This document shows positions 1-9,686 of a stretch of 53,565 nt of DNA, one piece after another; position 1 is the stretch's first letter; every line of letters begins with the position of its first letter. The DNA comes from Limisphaerales bacterium (GTDB lineage: Bacteria > Verrucomicrobiota > Verrucomicrobiia > Limisphaerales > SIBE01). Position numbers and translations under genes: made by a program. The DNA is taken from assembly GCA_044225505.1 (NCBI GenBank), contig JBGAIN010000036.1:1-53565 (forward strand), written 5' to 3'. A model generated the notes under the pieces. It was not told the DNA's origin, searched no databases, and worked only from the letters and a program-made list of their open reading frames with translations.

Positions 1-100
1 CTGCCGGGGTGAGAGACCCTAACTGTCCGCGACGTTCCAAATCTATCGGGAGAGCGCCATGCGGTGTCGTCGCCGAGGCGGCGGCGACAATTGCACAGCC

Positions 101-946
101 TCAGTTCTTCTTGGCGGAAGTCCGTTCTTGGAGCCAAGCCATGTCAGGACTGTCAGAGCAACTCACGAAGTAACCCTCCGCGGCGTAGTGCGAAAGACAC
201 CCACAATACCGGTTCGGGGGCAACGATCGCTCGTCTACCCACCGGTGGATTTCGGAATGACCGTCCGCAAACGACAATGTGGCTGCGCGATTATGGAAGT
301 TGGCCGGAAAATCGATCCACCGCGCTGTCGCCTTGCGGTTCTGGCAGTCCACGGCAAACCTGCCATCATTAATGCTGTCCGGATGCTGCTCGGTCAATAG
401 CCAAAGGCTTGATGGCGAAGGCGAAGTAAGATCTCCCATTTTGCGGTAAATCTTCCAGCCGGAACCGACCGGTAAGAAGATTCCTTCCGCATTACTGCCG
501 ACGGCGTCGTTCATCGCCAGGGTTCGAACGCGCGGGTAAAGCTTCCGTTCCTCCCGAACCATGCTTTTGTCGGCTGGGCAGCGATAGATGGAGGAGGATC
601 GAACGTAGTTGCCGAGCTTCCCGTAGGGCAGGTCCACCAGAAATGACGTATTGGTGTTGTCGGTGAAGTTGCTGTCGAAGTTCATCACACCGTTCACCCA
701 GCCTTGTTTTGGCTGGCTTCCATTGGGGCAAAGCCAACCATCATGGTCGTCCGCATACATCAGCCAAGCCAAGGTCAATTGGTGAGTATTACTCAAACAC
801 TGAATGCCCTGCGCTTTAATCTTAGCCTTGGCCACTACCGGGAGGAGCATTCCAGCAAGAATCGCAACCACCGCGATCACTACCAAAAGCTCGATCAGCG
901 TAAAGCCATGTCGCTGGAACAGAGGATGGACAAAGTGCTTCCGCAT
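101..946 (-). CDS. Prepilin-type N-terminal cleavage/methylation protein, DUF1559 / H-X9-DG family
   Basis: G|FTLIELLVVIAVVAILAGMLLP N-methylation motif, CLSNTHQLTLAWLMYADDH, C-terminal HNRAATLSFADGH. Start placed at ATG 946; the ORF track extends to 1027. Confidence 0.9.
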   Translation of the reverse strand: MRKHFVHPLFQRHGFTLIELLVVIAVVAILAGMLLPVVAKAKIKAQGIQCLSNTHQLTLAWLMYADDHDGWLCPNGSQPKQGWVNGVMNFDSNFTDNTNTSFLVDLPYGKLGNYVRSSSIYRCPADKSMVREERKLYPRVRTLAMNDAVGSNAEGIFLPVGSGWKIYRKMGDLTSPSPSSLWLLTEQHPDSINDGRFAVDCQNRKATARWIDFPANFHNRAATLSFADGHSEIHRWVDERSLPPNRYCGCLSHYAAEGYFVSCSDSPDMAWLQERTSAKKN

Positions 947-1176
947 CGAATGGTAAACTTGCATACAGAACTGGTGACCGATCTTGCCTTCCCTGTACGC
1001 CGATGCGCAGCTGCTGTCAACCGTCAATTCGCTCGTCGTTCAAGGATGCGAGCGGCATGTGTCCAGCTAGAATCGGGAGCTATAGCCCTGGGGAAAAGCG
1101 ACGCAAAATGATTTGCACGCCGGGCGCAGCCTTCTACAGTCGAACGGGTAACGCAAAACTGTCGATTCTACCACGT

Positions 1177-1848
1177 ATGCGTAGCAAGAGTGAAATTGCC
1201 GCCGAATTGATCAACCCTGGGGTCATTGCTGTGGTTCGGGCGCGCAGTGCCGACCAAGTCCCGCCGCTGGCCGAGGCATTGTTGGCGGGTGGGGTGCGAG
1301 CCATTGAGGTTACCATGAGCACCCCGAACGCCGTCGAAGCTATTCGTGACTTGCGCCGCCGAACGGAGGGCCGCTGTTTAGTCGGGGTGGGAACAGTGTT
1401 GGACGGATCAACGGCCCGCCAAGCAATTGACGCAGGAGCGGAGTTTGTGGTGAGTCCCGCCTTGCGGCTGGAAGTCGCAAAGGTTGCTCAAACGGCAGGT
1501 TGTCCGGTCATGTTGGGCGCCTTCACTCCCACGGAAGCCCAAGCGGCTTACGAAGCAGGCGCCGACTTCATCAAGATATTTCCCGCGGATGTTCTCGGGC
1601 CGAATTATATCAAAGCCATTTTGGCACCGCTGCCGCATCTGAAAATCATCCCTACCGGTATCGCGAAACCGGAGGATGTCACTGCGTTCATTAAGGCGGG
1701 GTGCCTGGCGGTCGGACTAGGCTCGATGCTAATTCCAGCGGCGGCCTTACGCGACGGCAACTGGCCTGAGTTGACACGCCTGGCCAAGCAGTTCGTGGAC
1801 CTCGTGGACAAGGCACGGCTGAAACAGTCTCTAGCGAGGTTGCTTTAA
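1177..1848 (+). CDS. eda: KDPG/KHG aldolase
   Basis: IAVVR, AIEVTM (catalytic Glu), VGVGTVLD, GAEFVVSP, FIKIFPA (Schiff-base Lys), IIPTG. ATG at 1177. Confidence 0.9.
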   Translation: MRSKSEIAAELINPGVIAVVRARSADQVPPLAEALLAGGVRAIEVTMSTPNAVEAIRDLRRRTEGRCLVGVGTVLDGSTARQAIDAGAEFVVSPALRLEVAKVAQTAGCPVMLGAFTPTEAQAAYEAGADFIKIFPADVLGPNYIKAILAPLPHLKIIPTGIAKPEDVTAFIKAGCLAVGLGSMLIPAAALRDGNWPELTRLAKQFVDLVDKARLKQSLARLL

Positions 1849-3609
1849 CCGCTCGCGCACCAACTCAGAGAGGTATCGAACAGGCACAGCACCACTCGCC
1901 AAAACGGCTTCGTGGTATCGACCCAGGTCGAAAGCCTCGCCTTGTTCCGTCTGGACCTGTGACCGGAGCCGCTGGTGCGCCATGCGGCCCACAAAATAAG
2001 TCGATAGCTGACAGGAACTTTGCTTCGCTCGAATGAGTTTGAGGCGCGCTTCGCCTTCCGACTGAAAAGCGCGTTCCGTGAGGAACCTTAGGGCCTCGTC
2101 GTCGGAGAGGTCCGTGCAGTGCATCTTGTAGTCGAGAATCGCATTGGCCACGGCCCGCAGATAGAACTTCAATTGCGTCAACCGCAGAGGGAGGTTGCCG
2201 CTGCCATATCCTTGATCGAGCATCATCTGCTCGGTATAAACGGCCCACCCTTCAATATACACGCCTGATCCAAGGACCTTGCGAATCAAGGAAGGAATCC
2301 GATTGGCGTATTCCAACTGCACGTAGTGTCCGGGATAGGCTTCGTGAATCGTCAAAATCTGCAGCATATGCCGGTTGTATTCCTCCAAATAACTCGCGAC
2401 GCGCTTGGCATCCCAGTCGGCGGGTGGCGGACTGACTGCGTAGTAACCAGCAGCGTTCGCATCCAACGGCGGCGGGGAATTCATGTAAGCGGTCGAATTG
2501 CCACGCTGAAACTCCGGCATTTCGATAATCTGACACCGGTCCGGATCGGGCAAACGCAAAACATCTGCTGCACCGATAAAGCGCTTTATCTCCGCCACAG
2601 TAGCCACAATATCGCTCTTCAGCTCGTCCGGACGACCGTGGTCCTGGCCGACGGACGACAAAACCTTTTGAACGGCGTGCCGGCGCCCTTCCACGGTATC
2701 GGGCGGAAAAGCGATACGAGGTTCGTAATGGCTCCACAACTGACGGGCGATTACGAGCATCTCGCGCTCAACACGATTGAACTCTGTTTCCGCGTCGTGC
2801 AAGACTTCGTCCGCACTCACTCCTGAGTTCATCGTTAACTCCAATTTGCGCGCGAACTTCTCCTTGCCCAATCGCCAGTTGTTAGTCGCACGCGGCAAAA
2901 GGTCCGATTCGAGAAATTCCTGATACGATTTCAAAGCAGTCACCACCTTTTGCGCCTCTGCTTTCAGTTGTGGCCCCTGGGGAGTCTCCCCGACCAACGT
3001 GAAGATCTCCTGCTCGTAAAACGAGATCGCGCCCCGGTTTTGGCGGATGGCTGTCTCCGTGTGCGTGCGTGGTGGAAATCGCAGGTTAGCTCGCGCGGCA
3101 GCGACGATTTCCGGAATGCGAGTCATGCGCGCGATGGCATTCTTCACATTGGTTTCGGGAGGCAAGGTTGACTGCGTCAGGAGAAGGTAAACGCTGTCGT
3201 TGATGTAATCATTGTAGACTCGAGGATCTTCCTCGTAAGGATGGGTACTCTCGTCCAGCCAGAGGGAAGCCTCTAGATCCTGTTGCAGAATTTCGAAGTC
3301 GACTTGCGCTGCTCTGGGCAAATCGCGGTAGTGCACGCGTTCCGGCAATTCGCGAAGAGCCCGACGGAGCTGATCGGCCCATCGCTGGCGCGAACCCGGG
3401 GTGAGATCTTCCAACGCATGGTCAAACCGATGGTCTCCCAGCCGAGTGGCTTCAAGCGGCCTGTATTGAAAGCGCTCGTCGAGATACTGTCGAAAGAAGT
3501 CGGATAGAGCTGACACGTCGTCGGCGCGGGAAAGGAACGGGTGGCCGCACAGCAGGGCGGTCAACACCCAAAACAGAATTCGCTTAGATTTCATGATCTG
3601 TTCCGGCAT
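1831..3609 (-). CDS. DUF885 family secreted protein (metallopeptidase-like)
   Basis: Signal peptide (KRILFWVLTALLCGHPFLSRA), ATRLGDHRFD, HEAYPGHYVQ, EGWAVYTE, QLSTYFVG. Start uncertain (3642, 3609 or 3594). Confidence 0.85.
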   Translation of the reverse strand: MPEQIMKSKRILFWVLTALLCGHPFLSRADDVSALSDFFRQYLDERFQYRPLEATRLGDHRFDHALEDLTPGSRQRWADQLRRALRELPERVHYRDLPRAAQVDFEILQQDLEASLWLDESTHPYEEDPRVYNDYINDSVYLLLTQSTLPPETNVKNAIARMTRIPEIVAAARANLRFPPRTHTETAIRQNRGAISFYEQEIFTLVGETPQGPQLKAEAQKVVTALKSYQEFLESDLLPRATNNWRLGKEKFARKLELTMNSGVSADEVLHDAETEFNRVEREMLVIARQLWSHYEPRIAFPPDTVEGRRHAVQKVLSSVGQDHGRPDELKSDIVATVAEIKRFIGAADVLRLPDPDRCQIIEMPEFQRGNSTAYMNSPPPLDANAAGYYAVSPPPADWDAKRVASYLEEYNRHMLQILTIHEAYPGHYVQLEYANRIPSLIRKVLGSGVYIEGWAVYTEQMMLDQGYGSGNLPLRLTQLKFYLRAVANAILDYKMHCTDLSDDEALRFLTERAFQSEGEARLKLIRAKQSSCQLSTYFVGRMAHQRLRSQVQTEQGEAFDLGRYHEAVLASGAVPVRYLSELVRERLKQPR

Positions 3610-3654
3610 TATAGTCGCCGTTCCAATGGCATCCGAGTACAATTAAGAACGACC

Positions 3655-4482
3655 ATGAAGAAACCAGGGCTTGCGACACTCCCCGGTCTCCTTACGCTTT
3701 GCGCCATTGCCCTGACGATGGGTTTAATTCCAGGGCTGCCTCCGAGTCTGAGTCGGGGCGCATCCGTCATTTCGAGTGCCATCCCGGAAACAGCTTTTCT
3801 GGTTCAAACTTACACGAACCGTGAAGGGAAGACTTTGCCTTACCGCTTGCTCTTGCCGCATGACTATAACGCGACCAATTTTTACCCGGTTATCCTTTAT
3901 TTGCATGGGGCAGCCGCGCGTGGGCAGGATAACGCGGAACCACTCCGTTGGGGTCCCCTCTTGATCGCGGAGACAGGGATTCAGCATCAAGCCCCGTTCA
4001 TCTTGGTCGTCCCGCAATGCCCAAAAGACTCCGGCTGGCAGGAGTGGGGCTGGGGAGCGATCCACAGCCGAAATAGCCGAAGCCTGGACCTCGCGCTGGA
4101 CTTGATCACAAATGATCTCCCGCGCCAGTTCAGCATCGACCCCAAACGCCGCTACTTGACGGGAGTGTCGATGGGCGGGCATGCCGTCTGGAGCGTCCTC
4201 ATCCGACAGCCTGGCTTGTTCGCTGCCGCGGTTCCGGTCTGTGCCGGGGGCAATTCGCAATCCGTGACGGCAGCGGCGGCGCGCTTTCCTGTCTGGGCCT
4301 TCCACTCGGACGACGATCATTTGGTCCCGGTGCAGCAAGCACGCGATCTGGTAGCGGCTTGGCGAGCGAAAGGCGGTTTGGCGAAATATACGGAGTATAC
4401 CGGCCTCCGGCACAGCTCTTGGAAGAAAGCCTATACCGATCCGGAAATGTTCCGCTGGCTTCTCTCTCAGCATCTTCCTTAA
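3655..4482 (+). CDS. Secreted alpha/beta hydrolase (phospholipase/carboxylesterase or peptidase S9-like)
   Basis: LPYRL, YPVILYLHG, VPQCP, GVSMGG nucleophile elbow, WAFHSDDD, GLRHSSW; hydrophobic N-terminus. Confidence 0.85.
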   Translation: MKKPGLATLPGLLTLCAIALTMGLIPGLPPSLSRGASVISSAIPETAFLVQTYTNREGKTLPYRLLLPHDYNATNFYPVILYLHGAAARGQDNAEPLRWGPLLIAETGIQHQAPFILVVPQCPKDSGWQEWGWGAIHSRNSRSLDLALDLITNDLPRQFSIDPKRRYLTGVSMGGHAVWSVLIRQPGLFAAAVPVCAGGNSQSVTAAAARFPVWAFHSDDDHLVPVQQARDLVAAWRAKGGLAKYTEYTGLRHSSWKKAYTDPEMFRWLLSQHLP

Positions 4483-4653
4483 ACTCGTGTCAATGCCCCG
4501 ATTGGAATAAGTGATATCGGGCCACCCTAATCGACCTGGACAAGATCGGTCGCTCTTGCTGGGCAAGCTCGTGCAGATTGACGGTGTGATCACTAAGAAG
4601 CAGGGAAACCTATGCCATTCTTCCAGCCCCCACCACTCTAGCCATGCACAAAG

Positions 4654-5628
4654 CTAAGAACGCCGTCCTGCGAATCGACGTGTTCCCACTGTGCTTCCCC
4701 AAACTGCCGCAATCAGAAGGACCCCAAGAAGGATGTTCTCGAGGTGACTGATTTTAAACGGCAAATGATGATCACCCCAAGTCGTACCTCCGCGTAAACC
4801 TTCCCCTAGAACGGCGATGACCAGAACTCCAAAGAAAGTCCCAATCACAGATCCCAGTCCACCTTGAACACGGGTGCCACCGAGAACGACTGCGACGATG
4901 ACATGGAGCTCAACGCCCGTCAGGGAACTGGCGCTGACCGAGCTGTTTCGTCCCGTAAACGTTAAAGCAGCGAGGAAGGCAAGCCCTCCCATCACTGTAT
5001 AAACCTCACACAAACGCCTCGTCACAGGTATTCCGGCATAGCGAGCAGCGATGCGATTGCCGCCGATCATGAGCAATTCGCGCCGCCAGCGAGATTTCCA
5101 GAAAAGCCAGCCGACGACAGAATAGGTCAAGCCTACCAGGACGGCCACGCCGCCGGATTGGCCGAACCAATCATACCCAGGCACCTCCACAAATGGTGAC
5201 TTCTCCAATTCGCCCATCAACAGGAAACACATGCCGCGGTAGAATATCATCGTCCCAAGCGTTGCAATGATCGGAGGAACGTCCAGGCGGGCGATCAATA
5301 GGCCGTTGGCGAAGCCCAAGCCCAACCCACAACACAATCCCAGAGGCAAGGCGCACCACCAGAAGCCCGGTCCAGGAGAAATCGAAGCCATTACACAGGC
5401 GACTAAAGCCACCATCGAGCCGACGGAAAGATCGATCCCAGCTGTCATAAGGACAATGGTCATTCCAAAACCTAGCAGGAGTATCGGACCGGATTGAGCG
5501 ACAAGATCGCCGGTGTAACTGCGGATGTGAGCGAAAAATTCGGCCGTCGAATGAATCTGAACTGGGCTAATGCTGCTGAATCCGAGGAGCTCGATGAGAA
5601 GTAGGGCGGGCAGTATCCAATGTTTCAT
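4654..5628 (-). CDS. Sugar ABC transporter permease (RbsC-like)
   Basis: GIDLSVGS, IIATLGTM, GGNRIAARYAGI (EAA-like loop), VVLGGT..GGLGS; multiple TM segments. Confidence 0.88.
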   Translation of the reverse strand: MKHWILPALLLIELLGFSSISPVQIHSTAEFFAHIRSYTGDLVAQSGPILLLGFGMTIVLMTAGIDLSVGSMVALVACVMASISPGPGFWWCALPLGLCCGLGLGFANGLLIARLDVPPIIATLGTMIFYRGMCFLLMGELEKSPFVEVPGYDWFGQSGGVAVLVGLTYSVVGWLFWKSRWRRELLMIGGNRIAARYAGIPVTRRLCEVYTVMGGLAFLAALTFTGRNSSVSASSLTGVELHVIVAVVLGGTRVQGGLGSVIGTFFGVLVIAVLGEGLRGGTTWGDHHLPFKISHLENILLGVLLIAAVWGSTVGTRRFAGRRS

Positions 5629-5830
5629 CGCTTCCTGATCTGGAATGGGCGCCAGCAAACCATTGAGCGAGAGTGAAATCAAGCCTGGAGGAGCCTAGGC
5701 TTCGCCGCGCTTGGCCCCGAAAAACTCAGATCGACTCTAAACGTAAATCTACCGCAGACCGGCCGCGCGATTGGCGTGGAGCAGCCCGAATGGTTTTGCT
5801 CTGGAATCGCGGCGGCTCTACATGCCGCTC

Positions 5831-7879
5831 CTAATGCCCGTACGGATTGAATGGTCGGAGATTCCATTCTTCGATTAACTCGGGCGGCAATTCCCGCAAA
5901 AATCGCGAGGGGGTCTGCATCGAGTCGCCCGTGTACCCGGCGCTCAGGCGCAGCAATGGGTAGGAGAGATAAAGTTCGTTCTTCGCTCGGGTCACGGCGA
6001 CGTAAAACAGGCGCCGCTCCTCCTCCTCATCATCCGCCGACTCCAAAGCCCGGGCCGCCGGGAAAAGACCGTCACACAGCATAATGACAAAAACGACGGC
6101 AAACTCCAGACCTTTAGCTTGATGGACTGTCGAAAGCCGGAGCCTCTCGGCGTCCTGTTTGGCGGGACTGTCGTCGTCGGCATCGATACTGGAAAGCAGT
6201 GCTAACTGAGTCAGGAAATCTTCCGTGTCTTTGAATTGATGGGCAAAACTGGCGAGCTGTTCCAAATCCTCAACCCGACTGCGAGAATTAGGATAATTGT
6301 CCTCCAAATAGTCTTCGTAGCCAGCTTCCAAGACCAACTCGATCATCTTCGAAGGATTCCTACGCACGGGTTCCATTTCCAATTGTGCGAGCGTCGCACT
6401 GAGCTGCGCCCAGCCGACCACCGCCTTTTTCGGGACGGCCGCATTGCATTGCTGGAACGTTGCAGCGAGTGCAACGGGCGATGGTGCTTCGGTGCTACTC
6501 GGCGTCTCCGCAACGGGTCCGAGCAGCGTCAGAAACCCTTGCCATAGCTTGTCGGCACTCTTGCCCCCAATCCCTGGAAGCAAGCGAACAATCCGCTTGA
6601 AAGAGAGCTCGTCTCGACCATTCGTTGCCAGTTTCAGATAGGCCACGACATCTTTGATGTGGGCTTGTTCAAAAAAGCGGATTCCACTGGTAATACTGAA
6701 CGGAATGTTGCGCCGGGTGAGTTCGAGCTGAAGTTCCAGAGCATGGAAGTGAGAGCGGTAGAGCACTGCCATCTCATTCAGATTGATGCCTTCGTCGCGC
6801 AATTGGAGGGCGCGTTGTGCCACAAAGGCCGCTTGTTCCGAGCTGGTTCCACACACCACCTGTACCGGCTTGGTGCCAGACTTGCGGGCTGGAGTCAATT
6901 GCTTCACAAATTGCGCACGATTTGGCGCAATCGCGGCATTGGCCAGGGCCAAAATCTCTGGAGTGCTCCGGTAGTTGGTCTCGATCTTATAGACTTTAGC
7001 TTCTGGATAGCGCTGGGGAAATTGGAGGATGTTTTGGAAATGGGCGCCACGCCATGAATAAATGCTCTGGGAATCATCGCCAACCACCATGACGTTGCGA
7101 TGTCGCGCCGCCAGCAAGTCCACAATGTCACTTTGGATTTTGTTCGTGTCCTGATATTCGTCGACCAGAATAAATTGAAATCGGCCTTGATACAGTTCCG
7201 CGAGGTCGGACTCTTTCTGCAGTAGTCGCAACCAAAACAAGAGCAGGTCGTCGAAATCCATGACGTTCGAAGCTCGTTTTCGATTTACAAAGGATTGCCT
7301 GACCCGTTCGATTTCGGGAGCCAGGCCGACAAAATACTCGTACTGATCTTCAAGAATTCGGAGCACGGGCTTCTCCGTGTTGGCTACCAGTGACATAATG
7401 TTGTTGAGGACGTCCGGCTTCGGGAAACGAGTCGCCTCCACGTCGATCTTTGCGTCGTCCATGCTGGCCTTGAGCATCTCTTTGGCGTCCTCCCGATCCA
7501 TGATTGTAAAATCAGGCCGGTACCCGACTCTCTCCGCATGCCGCCGCAAGATTCGGCTCGCGATCGAGTGAAATGTCCCCCCCCATAACTGCGACAAGTC
7601 TCCTTCCAGGAGTTCCCCCACCCGCCGCATCATCTCTTTGGCCGCTTTATTCGTAAACGTTAGCAGCAGAACTCGATCCGCTGGAATTCCCTGCTCCAGC
7701 AGATAAGCCACACGATATATCAAGGTACGCGTTTTCCCGGATCCAGCACCCGCGATGACCAGAGCTGGACCGGGCAAGGCCGTTACCGCGGCATGTTGCT
7801 GCTCGTTCAACTCCCGCACATAATCGATCTGTAGATCGACTGGAGCTTGAAAGGGTTGCAGAACATACTCTCGCGCCAT
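5831..7879 (-). CDS. pcrA: ATP-dependent DNA helicase UvrD/PcrA family
   Basis: AGAGSGKT, TFTNKAA, VDEYQD, VGDDSQSIYSWRGA, NYRS, STVHQAKGLEF, EERRLFYVAVTRAK. Confidence 0.93.
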   Translation of the reverse strand: MAREYVLQPFQAPVDLQIDYVRELNEQQHAAVTALPGPALVIAGAGSGKTRTLIYRVAYLLEQGIPADRVLLLTFTNKAAKEMMRRVGELLEGDLSQLWGGTFHSIASRILRRHAERVGYRPDFTIMDREDAKEMLKASMDDAKIDVEATRFPKPDVLNNIMSLVANTEKPVLRILEDQYEYFVGLAPEIERVRQSFVNRKRASNVMDFDDLLLFWLRLLQKESDLAELYQGRFQFILVDEYQDTNKIQSDIVDLLAARHRNVMVVGDDSQSIYSWRGAHFQNILQFPQRYPEAKVYKIETNYRSTPEILALANAAIAPNRAQFVKQLTPARKSGTKPVQVVCGTSSEQAAFVAQRALQLRDEGINLNEMAVLYRSHFHALELQLELTRRNIPFSITSGIRFFEQAHIKDVVAYLKLATNGRDELSFKRIVRLLPGIGGKSADKLWQGFLTLLGPVAETPSSTEAPSPVALAATFQQCNAAVPKKAVVGWAQLSATLAQLEMEPVRRNPSKMIELVLEAGYEDYLEDNYPNSRSRVEDLEQLASFAHQFKDTEDFLTQLALLSSIDADDDSPAKQDAERLRLSTVHQAKGLEFAVVFVIMLCDGLFPAARALESADDEEEERRLFYVAVTRAKNELYLSYPLLRLSAGYTGDSMQTPSRFLRELPPELIEEWNLRPFNPYGH

Positions 7880-7977
7880 GGCAAAAAGTTAACGGCTAAA
7901 TCCCAAATGGAAACGAAAACTTGGAGATTGCGTCTGCTCCACGCCCGAGGGAAACTCTTGGTCGGTTATACCAGTCT

Positions 7978-9264
7978 ATGACATCACCTCTCTCGAGCCA
8001 CTGGATTCGATGCGCTTACCTCCTGATTGGCAGCTTGGCATTGAGCGGTCCTGCGTTCGCGGAAGGCCCGCGCAAGGCGCAGGTTCACGTCGGCGTCGAT
8101 GAAGGAGAACTTCGAGGTTCCGACCAACGAGCTCTGCAAGCTGCCGTGGATTACGTGGCAAGCTTGGGCGGCGGTACGGTGACGATTGGCCCGGGTGAAT
8201 ACCAGATGCGCAACGCGCTGACCTTAAGGAGCGGAGTTAATCTCAAGGGCGTCCCTGGGAGAACCGTTTTGTTCGCGTGTGATGGCGCCGAGTCCCGTTT
8301 ATCCGCAGACGGCGATTGCAACGAACGACAAATCAGCCTGGAAACCCCCGACGCCTTTCGGATTGGCGATGGCGTCTCGATTCAAGACCAGCGAAAGGGC
8401 GGCTTCGAAGTAACTACTGCCACATTAACGGAGCAACTGGACCGGAACACATTTCGGATTTCCGCACCGCTTTACCTGGACTACATGGTTTCAGATCGCG
8501 CTTCCGCCCGCTTGGTGTTCCCCGTCATCGGTGGATGGAACGTCACCAATGTCGTCGTGGAAGGCATCACGGTAGACGGTAATCGCACGCGCACCCAACC
8601 CTTGAACGGATGCCGCGGCGGTGGGATCTACCTCTTCGAATCGGCCGACATCACGTTTCGCAACTGCACGGTGCGAAAGTACAATGGAGACGGCATCAGC
8701 TTTCAGGTCTCCCAGCGCATCGTCGTCGAGGACTGTCGCGCGGAAAATAACGCCGGGTTGGGTTTGCATCCCGGGAGCGGCTCGCAGTTTCCGGTCGTCC
8801 GTCGTAACTATTCCATCAACAACGACAGCGATGGGCTTTTCGTCTGTTGGCGCGTTAAACACGGCCTATTCGAAGACAATGATCTTCGCGGCAACAAAGG
8901 CTCTGGCATCTCCATCGGGCACAAAGATAGCGATAATCTCTTTCGCAAGAATTCCATCATCGCCAACGCCAAGGCCGGTATTTTGTTTCGTCCCGAAACC
9001 GAAGCGATGGGTGCCCATCGCAACGTGTTTGAGAATAATACCATCATAGATAATGGGCTTACGGATGCTGGAACAGTGGACACGGTTCCCATCGCGATCC
9101 GAGGAGTGCATCGCGATCTGCAGTTTCGTAAGAACGTCATTGGCTATTCAAAGCCAACGGACGGCAATCCGTCTGCCGTGGTGGCGAATCCTGGATCGAC
9201 TGGACTTCGACTGGAAGAGAACGAATTCCGCCACGTTGGAGCTCAAGTCGCTCGAGAGAAATAG
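7978..9264 (+). CDS. Secreted right-handed parallel beta-helix protein (pectin lyase-like fold)
   Basis: Signal peptide ending AFA, ALQAAVD..GGGTVTIGPGEY, repeated N.G.GI beta-helix coils. Confidence 0.8.
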   Translation: MTSPLSSHWIRCAYLLIGSLALSGPAFAEGPRKAQVHVGVDEGELRGSDQRALQAAVDYVASLGGGTVTIGPGEYQMRNALTLRSGVNLKGVPGRTVLFACDGAESRLSADGDCNERQISLETPDAFRIGDGVSIQDQRKGGFEVTTATLTEQLDRNTFRISAPLYLDYMVSDRASARLVFPVIGGWNVTNVVVEGITVDGNRTRTQPLNGCRGGGIYLFESADITFRNCTVRKYNGDGISFQVSQRIVVEDCRAENNAGLGLHPGSGSQFPVVRRNYSINNDSDGLFVCWRVKHGLFEDNDLRGNKGSGISIGHKDSDNLFRKNSIIANAKAGILFRPETEAMGAHRNVFENNTIIDNGLTDAGTVDTVPIAIRGVHRDLQFRKNVIGYSKPTDGNPSAVVANPGSTGLRLEENEFRHVGAQVAREK

Positions 9265-9347
9265 ACTTTCGATCCTGCAGGTTCCTGTCACAGGCATCCG
9301 CCAGGTCCCAGAGTCGCTTCGACTGGCCGAGCGCCGAACGGGCAGGG

Positions 9348-9683
9348 AAGCATTTTAAATGGGAACTCCAGGGTAAACGCCGCATCCACAAGAAGCCCAA
9401 CGCCCGTGAGATTGCGGCGTGTCGTCCCTGGCTCGAAGCCGCGTTGACGCTTGTTCATCCGGAAGTGCTCGTCTGTTTGGGCGCCACCGCTGCGCAAGTG
9501 CTGCTCGGCCGCGACTTCAAGGTTAGCCAACAGCACGGCCAATGGATTCATTCGCCGCTCGCAAAACACGTCACATCCACTTTTCACCCCTCCGCCATCC
9601 TGCGCATGCCCGACGAGGCGGCACGCCGGGCCGCGCAGGAGTCGTTGGTCGACGACCTCAAGGAGGTCGCCGCCATTCTCTGA
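9348..9683 (+). pseudogene. udgX: 3' remnant of a UdgX-family (family 4) uracil-DNA glycosylase
   Basis: Reads in frame from 9348 as KHFKWELQGKRRIHKKPNAREIAACRPWL...VCLGATAA...TFHPSAILR. The KRRIH loop is the UdgX hallmark. No start codon or N-terminal Fe-S/GEQPG half fits between it and the preceding gene. Confidence 0.8.
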
Positions 9684-9686
9684 ATT

